A stretch of 64,000 bases of DNA, taken from Magallana gigas (lineage: Eukaryota). Made by a program: the position numbers and the translations under genes. The notes under the pieces are model-generated. The model was not told the origin of the DNA and did not search any database. It saw only the letters and a program-made list of their open reading frames with translations. The DNA is taken from positions 3,224,001 through 3,288,000 of the forward strand of contig NC_088860.1 in NCBI RefSeq assembly GCF_963853765.1, written 5' to 3'. Position 1 is the first letter of the stretch. Every line of letters starts with the position of its first letter. Below, piece after piece: positions 13,971 to 25,800 of the stretch.

Positions 13971-14948
13971 TGTAAAAAATAAACTCTTGGTATTAGTAAC
14001 GCGTATCCCCTTACTTCTCTCCGTTATTAATTTATAATAACAGAGTAGGTTTATATGCAAGAAATCTCACAAGGGGCGTCAATGTCGTATTCATTGTGAG
14101 AGTGGTCTGTAAAGAACAATCAAATCATTTCCATCACCCCAGGCGTCAAAGACCGAAAGACCGCGTCAATTGAAGGAGCGAGGGAGGCAGACTCTACACC
14201 TCGAAGCTGCAGCGCTACCCAGAAAGTGTAAAGTAACGGCGGATGTGAAAGGCTGTTCTAGGGAGGGGAAGAAAATCGTGTCTTAAACAAAAGAAAATGG
14301 TCGCTTCATTACATGTTAATTCGCCATGAGCGAGAAATTTCATTACAGAAGACTGGTACTGTCGCCTTGACGCATGCGTCAACAAATGCTTTTTAGGTTA
14401 TTTGATCTGAGAACAAGACAAGTTGCCGTGTATGTACAAGGACTCTGGGTGTTTAGCATTTAATTAATAAAATGGACTCGTTATTGTCAAAGATGATTTT
14501 TTTTTCTTCATTTTGTGACAAGACTTTATATTTCTCGTGTTCCAAGTGTAAATTGTGACGCCGCTCGTGGATCCAGAGCTTGTCTGTACGATGAAATTCT
14601 CACCCTCGTCGCAGTTTCGTGAGAGAGCCCCTGGTCCAAGATATAGACCACTGTGATTACGCTTAACTCCCAGAGGTGTGAATCGCGACCCTCCCAGCAA
14701 ACAAAAAGATCGAGAGTATGACCATTGAAATCAGTGTCGTTACCTTCAAACTGTTAAAAAAATCGTCGTCGTCTGTTGTGTGCTGTGTGCCGTAATTACC
14801 ACTTTATACGGCATTGCTTGACGAGCTGGCTGTACGTAGTGGCTTTCACACTTCGGGTATACTGTAGACTATTAACACCTCTCCCGAGTGTCACGTACAT
14901 ATTATGTCCTAATGCAATATCTCTCACATTCAAGAGTGTGAAGTCTGC

Positions 14949-16776
14949 ATGGCGAGAGATCGTTTTGCCGCAATGGAAGAGGTAAGATTTTATGATTTAA
15001 GAAAGTTTGGATTGTACTTATTTTACACATGCTGAAAATGAAACAAAGCAGGGTGAATATAAACGCAGCCAAAGATTTTGTTTATTTTTTTTTCTTCAAA
15101 GCATATACCTCTGGGTTTTGTGTGGATTACTTTTTTTTTATTACGCAGCATGAAATTATAGCAACTTGTATAGCTTGTATAGTATCATTATTGAGTAAAA
15201 TATACTTTTTTCAGCCACTTGACCTGACGACTAAAAAAGTCATTCCAGAAATCCCGTTTGACAATGCTCAGTTTTTCCCACCATCGCGACAAAGGGGTGA
15301 ATACCACCCTGAATGCCCGCGCCTACAGCCCCCTGGGGAGGACGCAGTGCGAGGTGCGGACCACGGCGAGGTGGTTCTGACAGGTGCGCGTCCGTCGTTA
15401 GAGGATGTTGGTAATCCGAGGTGCAGGTATTTTGAGACTACCTATCACAAAGACTCTGTCGAATTGGTAAACAGATCTTTGAGAACGGCATCGGGCCTTG
15501 ACTACCCTTCACACATTGGGATCCCAAGGGAGGAGGACAGAACCCAGACTACACAACAATGTGTCATCAAGTCACCGCTGTATCGGGGCCCGCGCTCTGC
15601 CGAAAGTCCACAGCGCGAACTACTCAGGCTACAGGGGGAGGCAACAAAGAACGGCGGGAGACACACCCCGAACCAGGGGGAGTGGGCGCCCGACCAGCAG
15701 TTACCCCCGGGGATAGACACTCCTGGGAACTTGTCTTATGAGCAGGAGGGGTTGAGGGTGAGCGTGCTGGACGCGCACCTGTGGATGGCATTCAATGAAA
15801 TCCAGACCGAGATGATCATCAACCGAGGCGGAAGGTCAGTGTCTAACATAAAGACGGCGAATTCTTTTATCGCCGTTTAAAAGCTTAAATAAGATACCAA
15901 ATAAATCTATATTTGTTTATTTTTTATTTTGGAGGCAACGAAGGGAATACGTATGGACATATTTAAAGAAATTAATTGCAAACTAATATAACGTGTTCAC
16001 CACGAGCCTGATTGTGGACGCACTTTTTTCGGAGTTGAGCAGCAGAATAATTATTATTCGTTTTCTTCGTTAGGTTAGGCGTTATCACCGTAACCACGTG
16101 ACCTGTAAAACGTGAATTTAAAACAGCCTGGTTGTCTTTTTTTAACAACATTTTACTTTATAATTTTTTTTTTCAATGCAGTTTGTATTGAATTAAAGTC
16201 ACTGTGTCTTCAAATTTTAAAAGCTAAACCTTGATATATATATGCACGGGTATATGATACATTTCGATTTTAATAATTTCATGACATAACAATGTTTAAC
16301 AATTAAACATACGTTTATACAACGTGACAACCATCTGTTAGACGTCCACACCTCTGCAAAATCGGTGACATTTGTATAATGGTGTCAAAAGGACGAATCG
16401 ATCTCGATCAGTGTATGTCTCGTGTAAAAATACAAGTGTTAATATTTGCTTGTTCTATCCAGCGGATAGTGGTTAACTGAAAATATATGATATTTTTGGA
16501 ATTGTTGAAATACATTCAATTACTTGTAATCATCGACAGACTCAGTCACAAATTACTTTAAAATACTTTGGAAAAAGTAATTAACGCTCAATTACGAATA
16601 TTTTTTCAACTACTTCATCCCTGCTTAATTTAGTTTACTTATTCCTTTAGCCAAATGGCTCGTCAGATACAAAGAATACATACCATATACAAAATATAAG
16701 AAATAATATATAGTTATACACGTACTAAATGTATCAAAGTATTATCTATTACGAACTAATATCTATAAGTGTTTCT

Positions 16777-16827
<51 letters not shown>

Positions 16828-18860
16828 GATACTAATTATTTACTCGCAGCTTTACACCTTAATATTCCAGAAGAATGTTCCCGTACCTGTATATATCTGT
16901 TTCCGGTCTGGATCCGGAAGGTATTTACGATGTCTTGTTAGACATACTTCCGGCGGATAAGCGAAGATTCAAATTTTTCAATGACTCCTGGATGCCGGTA
17001 GGGGTCGCTGAGCCGCAGCAAGAGAACGCCCCCTATGTACACCCCGAGAGCCCCAGCCCCGGCTCCCTGTGGATGGCTCGGAAAATCTCGTTCGCCCGAG
17101 TCAAACTCACCAACAGCCTGGAGTCTAACGCGGAAAACGTAAGAAGCTTCCAGCATTTATTTAAACAATAAAATGCTTTGTTTGGTGATTTATATTGGAT
17201 ATTGGAAGGTAGCGACATTGCAGAAAAAAACAATAATGCTACTTTCAGAATCATGATTCATCAAAGAAAGCATTATGTTGTTTACATTTACATCTTTCTT
17301 TTTACAAATTAATTAATTACTGTTACCTATATCAGTAGGCTAGCAACTATGTGATCGCCCCAAAATCGGCCCCGTGGCACAGAAGTTGTTAAATAAATAG
17401 CCAAGTCGTCTTGTATGGGAATTTGTGTCTGACATCATCATGATTATTTCGTGCAGTCCGTCTATAAATTGGTTAGAACTGGAACATGTGGATTTCAGTC
17501 CTGTCAGTTTTCAAAGATCTGTGAATTAGAACCATTTTAACAAGAGCTTGGACTTTGAGAAGTTGTGTCAAACAGCAATGTGACGTAGGCATGTTTATTT
17601 CATTTTGAATTTTAACAAGATTTGTCTTGCGTTTAAGCTAAGATTATGCAATCTATGCATATATTTCACTCGAAACCAGCATCATTTTTAACTGTTTAAA
17701 TGCAAGAAATAGACAGTGAAGTCCTACTGAAAGTTAGCTGCAATAATGTAGTCCTCTCCGATTTTTTATATCTGATGTTTACTGGGGAAAAAAATCGGGA
17801 GAGGGGTACATTATTGCAGCTAACTGAAAGTCCAAGGTCTCGTTAAAATTGTTCTTCAATCATTTTCCATAAAAAATAGAGGGAATCATGCTTAGTGATG
17901 TAAATATATTACCATGAAAGCAAGTCACTAAAGACATTGTAGTTGTCCGTGGCCCTGGTCAGAGTTTGCGCTCTCCCACTAATATGACATACATGTACCA
18001 TATCTATACAGATCTATACAGTTTAATCAAACTATTATAAATAAGATTATTATCAATTGATTGTTTGCATTTTTTGTATTTACATATGTTGTTTGATATT
18101 TTTCAGGTGTTTCTACATTCTATGCATAAATACGTCATTAGGATTACGTTACAGAAACGTAATAAGGTCACGGCGGAAGTAGAAAAATTCACGCGGTTTT
18201 TGCTGCAAGAGACGAATTTCATCGCCGTGACAGCCTATCAGAACAGCAAAATCACCCACCTGAAAATCCTCAACAATCCCTTCGCTAAAGCCTTCCGCGG
18301 GGACAAACCAAGGTCAGTGACCGGACATGACGTAGACTTGTACAGGTGACGCATTATTGACAAGTCCGCCAACACACGGAAACGCCGATATGGCTTATAA
18401 ACTGAGTTGAACACCGATAATTATTACTTACTTAATATTCTTGGGAAATTCTGTATTGATATTATAAAACCACTCATGACATGATGCTGTTGTTAATGAC
18501 ATAAATGAGAAATAAGAAAGATATAAATGTGAAGGGAGAGCTATTCCTAGCCGGAATCTCGCTCTGTACGCACTGACATAGAGTTTAAGTCATTCACTCT
18601 TTTTGTAAAACAATGTGTGTAAAAGTATTTGCCGACATTAAGATTTTCTATTTTTAGCCTGGCTCTGCTGAAAGCAGAGTCCTGGCTGTAGACAGGCAAA
18701 TCGCCAATGTTACTATAAATAGCACAACTTCAAAAGTAAACAAAAAACCAAACAGCGTCAAAGTAAAAGCTTCCGCTATACTAAATAGTTACACAAAGAG
18801 CCACGTTTTGTAAAAAATGTTGGCATTTTGTTTCTTTTTTTTAATTTCGAGAGAATTGTC

Positions 18861-18903
<43 letters not shown>

Positions 18904-19770
18904 CAGTCTTTACTACACAATATGCATAAAGACACGCCAAAAGAGCCCGGCTTTCAGTACTTCAGTACTTTGACTGTTTGTTGTGTTTGCAGGTACAAAA
19001 GACAGAGACGAAGGCACTTAGATGGAAAAGAAAGCAAGACTGACCAAATTTTTTCTACTGGGACAGGTAAGCAATAAAATTCAACCAAGACCCCCCCCCC
19101 CACACACACAAAAATCACCACCACCCCAAAAACAACATAAACGTGTTTATTACTAACTGTTGTTGATTTATAGTACACCTTTTCTTACATTTCACCCATT
19201 CCAAATAATCCTTAGTATGCTAACACTTTCGAAAAAAACCCCGAATAGATACACCATAACTACTGCGGGGTCTAAACGTGACGTGAACTTTGACCTTGAA
19301 CACTGCCATGATGTCATACTTTCCTCACTTACAAACCAAGTTTGTTAATTTACAGTCTGTTCTCTATCTCAGTTAACAAATCTTCAATTTTCTTCAGATG
19401 GTGACATTGCCAGTGACGAGAGAAGCAAAGGAATCAGCGATTCTCACCTGATTTTTCCGTGGACGAGTCCGTCTATTGTGGTCCATCCTAACGAAGGTAA
19501 CCATGCTCGGACTGACGGAAACACCCTATAATCTCTTAGTGTCTCTCATTGCCTTTTCCTGGAAGTTATTGCAATCTTAATTATTATTTTGTAGATGAAA
19601 TCCAGATGAAGGGGGATTTTGTGACCGAATCTGACCGGGAGTCTGCCGTCAAGAAAGTGTCGCTGTCACCGTATCTACTGAGTGCCTACCGCTATAACGC
19701 CGGGATCTACGCCAGTCTAGTGGCTTACCATGCGCGGCTGTCTGAGCTCAACAGCGCCTCAGACACTTAG
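14949..19770 (+). CDS. Divergent T-box transcription factor (491 aa, 7 coding exons)
   Basis: Exons 14949-14981, 15215-15834, 16871-17138, 18107-18312, 18993-19066, 19398-19496, 19595-19770; all GT-AG with matching phases, total 1476 nt. The spliced product has T-box hallmarks LW..F....TEMIINRGGRRMFP, VHPESP, KLTN, SMHKY, FIAVTAYQN.KIT.LKI.NNPFAKAFR, followed by a basic KRQRRR patch. Subfamily not assignable by eye. Confidence 0.92.
16777..16824. repeat. (CT)n microsatellite in T-box intron 2
   Basis: Direct reading. Confidence 0.9.
18656..18972 (+). mobile_element. Internally deleted copy of the 9079-10360 Helentron/DINE-like element, in T-box intron 4
   Basis: Shares the first ~200 bp and the (GA)n plus last ~75 bp with the long copy; sub-TIR agagcccggct at 18942-18952. 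Confidence 0.8.
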
Positions 19771-19957
19771 TGCTTCAATACGTGGAAACGAAATGGGCGG
19801 GGAGCGGGGTAACGTCCAATGAAACGTGTAATAGTGCAATTTGTTGACCTTCTTTTTACGATAATTTTATATTATTTTTACGGGCATTGTTTTCTTTTGT
19901 GATATATTTTGTATTTCTTTTGTAAAATCTTGTACTTTTATTGTAATGTATAGGAGA

Positions 19958-19963
19958 AATAAA
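19958..19963 (+). terminator. Candidate polyA signal of the T-box gene
   Basis: AATAAA ~190 nt after the stop, preceded by U-rich sequence. Confidence 0.5.
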
Positions 19964-20808
19964 TTCGAAACTAGAAAAACAAAACATGATAAGCGAATAG
20001 GCTGCAGGTGCTTGAGGACGGACCCCCCCCCCCTCCCCACGGTAAAGAACCCCCGAGTGTTTACTTCTTTTTCATAAATCGTCTTTTAATGATAAATTAT
20101 GATCTAAATAATACCCTCAATCCAAAAAAAATCATTTTATAAAAATCATACCCATTTACACACGGAATACAAATACATGTGTAAATAGGTATGACCTTTT
20201 ATATAATGTTTGTATTATGTTTAAGGTAGTTTTATCGATGTTATACGATGATTTATGAAAAAGGAGACCAGGGTCTAGTAAAAAGACCCTGAGGCCTTTA
20301 CTGTGGTTGGGGTGGTTTGGGGTGGGTCCGGTCCTGTCTTAGAGTACCCGTGATAGGAGCTGGTGCTTGAAAGCATTCAAACTGCGTCATTTATTTTTGG
20401 AACTTCACTGATGTGTTCTATACTTTTTGTAACTTCTATATTTAGTTATCGTGAAAGAAGCAATTTTTAACCCCCCCCCCCCACCCAAAGAAAACCCCCA
20501 AAAAACAAACAAACTGAGGGTGTTTATCTCATTTTGTAGCAATAGATATTTTTATAAACAGTTCTGTGCACGCGGGCACTGACGTTATATATTTATCATT
20601 ATAAAAATTAAAATAACATACCCCCTACCTAATTATATAAGAATTACAAGTAATGTCTTTGCAAAAATCTTGCCTAACTAAAAAAAAATTATTCAATTGG
20701 AAGCATGTATCAATTACTTATTAAAATAAATTTGAATTTTCGCTGCTGTTCATAAATAGAACGTGCAGTTCTAAATCAGTCCTTCTTTTTATTTTAGTGC
20801 ATATGTCG

Positions 20809-20814
20809 TGTTGT

Positions 20815-20852
<38 letters not shown>

Positions 20853-20871
20853 TACAACATGACAACTTGTA

Positions 20872-20909
<38 letters not shown>

Positions 20910-20915
20910 ACAACA
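20809..20915. repeat. Perfect inverted repeat, 49-bp arms and 9-nt loop
   Basis: 20809-20857 is the exact reverse complement of 20867-20915. Confidence 0.9.
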
Positions 20916-22161
20916 TGACACATATATATATATTACTTTAAATTATTTATTATTTTAAATTATTTCAGAAAAAAAACATATGAAATAATTGTAAGCTTAA
21001 AAGCAGAAAAAACACATTTAAATTTTATTTTAATTTTGGAAAGGTTTCTCATAACAGGAAAGTGACTGGAAAGTTTTTGGTTTATTTTTCCATTAAACTT
21101 TTTTTTAAGCCGCATGTGTACCCACTGGGTTCTGTAGTATCTCATTACAGGAGAGCTACAGCTCAATCTAATGATTCCATTTTGGACTCCTCAACTATAT
21201 CTCGGTGCGTAAAAAAATTATGAAAATGACATTATGGTGCGAAATCCTGCTTCAAGGGATAAGATCTCTTAAATTCATTGCTGAATTCTCTAACTCTTTA
21301 CCTTCATTGTCTGTCATTTGTGCAAACGTCGATGCTAATGAAGGATCATAATATTACGTCACGGGCAAAGGGGGGGGGGGGGTCACTCTAAATAATTTAA
21401 AGGTATGGTTGAACGTTTGTGTAAATAATCAGCTCAAATAACGTTACGTCCGCCATGCTGCAGAATAAGTTTTGACGCTTGCACTGTAAAGAAATTTATA
21501 AGGCAATCACGTGACGCAATTCATCCAATGACGTCGAGACATTCTTGTCGGAGGCAAAACAATTATGTGTAATATACATGTATAATCGACTATTTACACA
21601 TTCATACACACCCTTGTTCCATGCGCAAACCTCTTCATGGTTATTTTACTCACCCTGCATCTAATTTTTTCCCATAACGCATTTTTTTCATACACATTGC
21701 AAGTTTAGACGTAAATTTTTCATAAACGTACATTCCAACCGGGGCACTTCAATGATTTATAATTTTTAAATTATATCTAAGGAAACGGATTAATATAAGG
21801 GCATATTTACTTGTTTCCGAATCCTTGCTTAATTATGTATCATTGTACATGTATATATATGTTGTACGTTAATAAACAATGGTTTACACTAAAAATAGAA
21901 ACTGAGAAGTGAGACCACTGCGTATCTCTGACTATGTTAGCTGTAGGCTGACTTGACGACAGCTGCACCCATTGACCCGTTATGACATTTCGCCACCTAA
22001 AAGGTCGTTAACATGGCACCAAATACTAGTGGCTGACATTTCAAGCCATATCTACTTGTGATCGCTTACATCATCTTAATTAACATGATTAACGCACAGA
22101 TCTCTCTTTTTTCCTTTTTTGGTATTATTAAAAAAAATTTATTAACACACTTGGTCTCACA

Positions 22162-22167
22162 TTTATT
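22162..22167 (-). terminator. Candidate polyA signal of FAM184A
   Basis: TTTATT on plus (AATAAA on minus), ~660 nt past the stop. Confidence 0.4.
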
Positions 22168-22578
22168 TCCCAACGACCAATTTAAGTGTTTTTCACATGA
22201 TCTCAAATACTAATAGCATTTTATCTCAACAAAAAGTTCAGTAACAAAAGTTCCAATTGGGTAAAAAAAAAATCTTGATGGTAAAAGTAATTCCAAGAAA
22301 CAGAGCATATTTTAACATAAAAAATTAAACATGTATCACATCGCCCCTAACAAAGGAGTAACAAGAACTATACACTCAGACAATGTAAAATCTGGACGGA
22401 AATACTCTATATAGCTCATATAAATACATACAAATGCAATACTGAGTTAAATGATGGGTTATCACAGCTTGGCTTCTGATCTGATTTGTACTTTGACATG
22501 CATATCTCAACAGGTGTCAACTATTTCATCAACAAGAAAAGGTATTCTGTCACTGTTAGATGTTAACAAATCTATCTA

Positions 22579-22613
<35 letters not shown>

Positions 22614-22828
22614 ACACACAAAAGATAATTAACACTTATTCTTCTGTCTCCTTCCACCACTCCTTTTTCTTGCTCTGATATGTGTACAGTGCCCTCCTGG
22701 GCTCAGTGCCCCACTCCCAGGTCCCTGGTGGGAACAGTCTCTGTAAAAGACCTGATACTGGCTCTAGGATGTCAACACACACACTCTCACACTAACTAGC
22801 ACTACTGATCAACACAGTCGAGTCGTCA

Positions 22829-25800
22829 TCATTTGACAAACTTCTTGGTGAAGGATGGAAGAGGTTTGCTGGGGTTCAGGGCCTCATGGTGCATCGGGGA
22901 GTTGGGGAGGGGGTCCAGACGGTTGGTTCCCAGGCTGGGCTGGCTCGAATGTTTGGACACGGGCGGTTTCTCTCCTTTCTTTGGTTTCTGTGAATGAACA
23001 ACATCAGAAATTGATTTTCATCACAAATTATTTAATTTCATTTCTGAATTTAACTTACAAAAACAAAGGGTCCTTAAAGGCATAATTTTAAGTCACCTCC
23101 CCCAGCTTATGTCATAATTTCTACACGATTTATAAAATGCTGGAAACTGCCTGAATTGCCCAAAAAAATGATGACCACGAATTCTCGTTGGCTGTAAATT
23201 TTTAGGTACATGTATTTCTAATGTCTGGATCAATTCCGCACAAACAACCATTGTACAAATATTCTGTACAATGTAGTTTCATCGTATAGTTTGGATTTAG
23301 CAAGAGAAAATCTTGCGCTATAAGAGGTTTGACGAATATGATTTCCCCAGACTTCAACATGCATTCAGCTAGTTATAAAAATTCAAAAATACACATGTAC
23401 TAAAAAATAGCAAATTTATATTTTAAATCAGTTCTACATAGGAGAGGTAATGAAGAGGATAGAGCAAAACCAGTAGTCATAATTTTAGACCTTAGTCAAC
23501 GCCCCTCCTACTCCGGATCCTTATTATTGGCATGGTCATGAAATGGGTCTTAAGGTCGCTCACTACACAGTGATTGGGATAAGCATGCGCCCTGCGCCAT
23601 AGTCGCATTAAATAAAGTGATGGCACATTGATGTTCATAATTCATAAATTATCATTACACTATTCAGTATATCCTTTTTAACTTTGAGCTTTCCCCAATA
23701 AACGCTTGGAATATCTTTGGCTAGAATTCTTTAATGATCACTGTTATTTTACATTAACAAATAGTAGTCAAATGTCGTACAGCAAAGGGTGATCATGATC
23801 TTGTTTTCTTTTGTGTAAGGTGTTTTTTGATTTTTTAATACTGTCAATTTGATATTAAAAGTGCCTGGTCTAAATGTAAGCAGCTGCCAAAAAAATTCCC
23901 CGTCCCAAGAAAGGACAAACTTTTCTGCAATTTTCATTTGATTAATAAAAATCAGATGAAAATGAATCAACAGATAAAGCAGAACAGACGGATGAAATAG
24001 TGAATGGAGACACTGATGGTAAGACTGGTGCAATCAAACAAAAATTTAAGTCAAATTGAATGAAAAGAAGAATAAAAATAGAATTGAAACTAAATTATGG
24101 TCTTCATTACTAAATTAAAAATATTATTGTTATAGCTTTTAATTCAGTGTCATTCAGTAATTTGACAATTGCAATGAAGTCTTTTATAAACTTATCAAAT
24201 TTTAACTTGTCATTTTACAATGTCCCGTAAAATTTCCATTTGGCTCATTGATTTTGGAAATGTCACATTAACACTGCCTTGGAACATGCAATTGTCAGAT
24301 TTGGCCCATTGCTTATCCCAATCACTGCTACACCTTGAAATATTTACTAAAATCAGCAGAAAATTGCTTGATTATGATAGATATCATAATGGATAAGAAG
24401 TATCTAAGTCAAATAGGCAAAAAATGTGCAATTTTGGATGAAAAGTTACATTTTCGAAAATTTAAATTCAGTAAACATGAACAAAAGCTCCAGGCGGATT
24501 CAAACTCATGATCTGCGGTTCAGAAGCCCAATACTTTAGCCACTGAGCTACAACGATATACAACTGAATCGAACGATATAAACAATTTAACAAAATATTT
24601 AAGTCGCCATCTTGTGACATAGTGCCTTAAAAAGTATAAGTCTGGGTGTAGTGAGGTACCTTAAAGTACCGTGTACAAGTCAAATAAAGTCACACAGTAC
24701 GGTCTGACAAGAAGGTAATGGTTTTGGTGAGTCTGGACCAATAGAAACAAAGTGATCGTTTTAGTGCGTCTGGACCAATAGAAACAAGGTGATCATTTTC
24801 CAACAGAAACAAAGTGATCGTTTTAGTGAGTCTGGACCAACAGAAACAAAGTGATCATTTTAGTACGTCTGGACCAATAGAAACAAAGTGATTGTTGTAG
24901 TGAGTCTGGACCAATAGAAACAAGGTGATCCTTTGTGTGAGTCTGGATTAATAGAAACAAGGTGGTCGTTTTAGTGAGTCTGGATCAATAGAAACAAGGT
25001 GGTCGTTTTAGTGAGTCTGGACCAATAGTTTTAGTCTGCACCAATAGAAAGAATTACCTTATTTGCCAGTGGGTTGATGACGCCAACATTTGTGGTGTTG
25101 TTGAACACCTTGTTAAAGTTCGTCTCTCTGTTCACGAGCTCCAGCTGATAATATCTCTTCTCATCCTGAAATGTCAAATCAAAAGGTCAATCAGTGCAAC
25201 CAATGCAATTTCAAGAGTTTGGCTTGTGTTAACAGTTTCTCCTGCAAAACATATCTTGCAAATGCCATCCAATAATTTGATTCATAGTTATGGTGACAAA
25301 CAAAGACTTGTTGCTTCTACCAGACGTCAACAATAACCTCATAATATTAAATTAAACAAAGACTTGTTTCTACCAAATGTCATTTAATCATCTTATGATT
25401 AAGATAATAAAAACAGATTTGTTGTTTCTGCCAGACGTCATTTAAAAATCTGATAATTAAGTAAATATTGTATTAAAATTCCTTATTTTATGCAAGTGCT
25501 TAGTTCCGAAACTCTGTTGTTTTGTATCAGATCGTGAGAATATAAAATCGCGAGCACCAATTTTTTGTTATAATTTCTTATTGTTCAAAACTGTCTGAAA
25601 AATAAAATTGAGATTTTATAATCTGCGAGGGTTGCTTCTCACGATTTACCGTGGATATTAATTCCTCACATTTTATTAGGAATCTACAGTTAACAAAGAC
25701 TATAGCATGAATCACTTACAATAAGCTGCTTCATCCTGCCTTCTCTCTCAGAGATGGCGTCCCTTAACTGCTGAATAAGTTCCAGATCCTCAGGACGGGA

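Noticed and set aside
1-14000. Autonomous transposase, helicase or reverse transcriptase, or a hidden gene in the upstream region
   Set aside because: No ORF above ~90 aa and no consistent exon chain or catalytic motif found by eye.
15029-15214. ORF-track N-terminal extension of the T-box protein
   Set aside because: It lies in intron 1; the clean exon 14949-14981 with a GTAAG donor and the acceptor at 15213-15214 explain the structure.
13533-21382. Scattered poly-C/poly-G runs as a functional G-quadruplex system
   Set aside because: Such runs occur throughout the window with no positional pattern.
24487-24558. Functional tRNA gene
   Set aside because: The acceptor stem cannot pair and the sequence lies inside a transposon.
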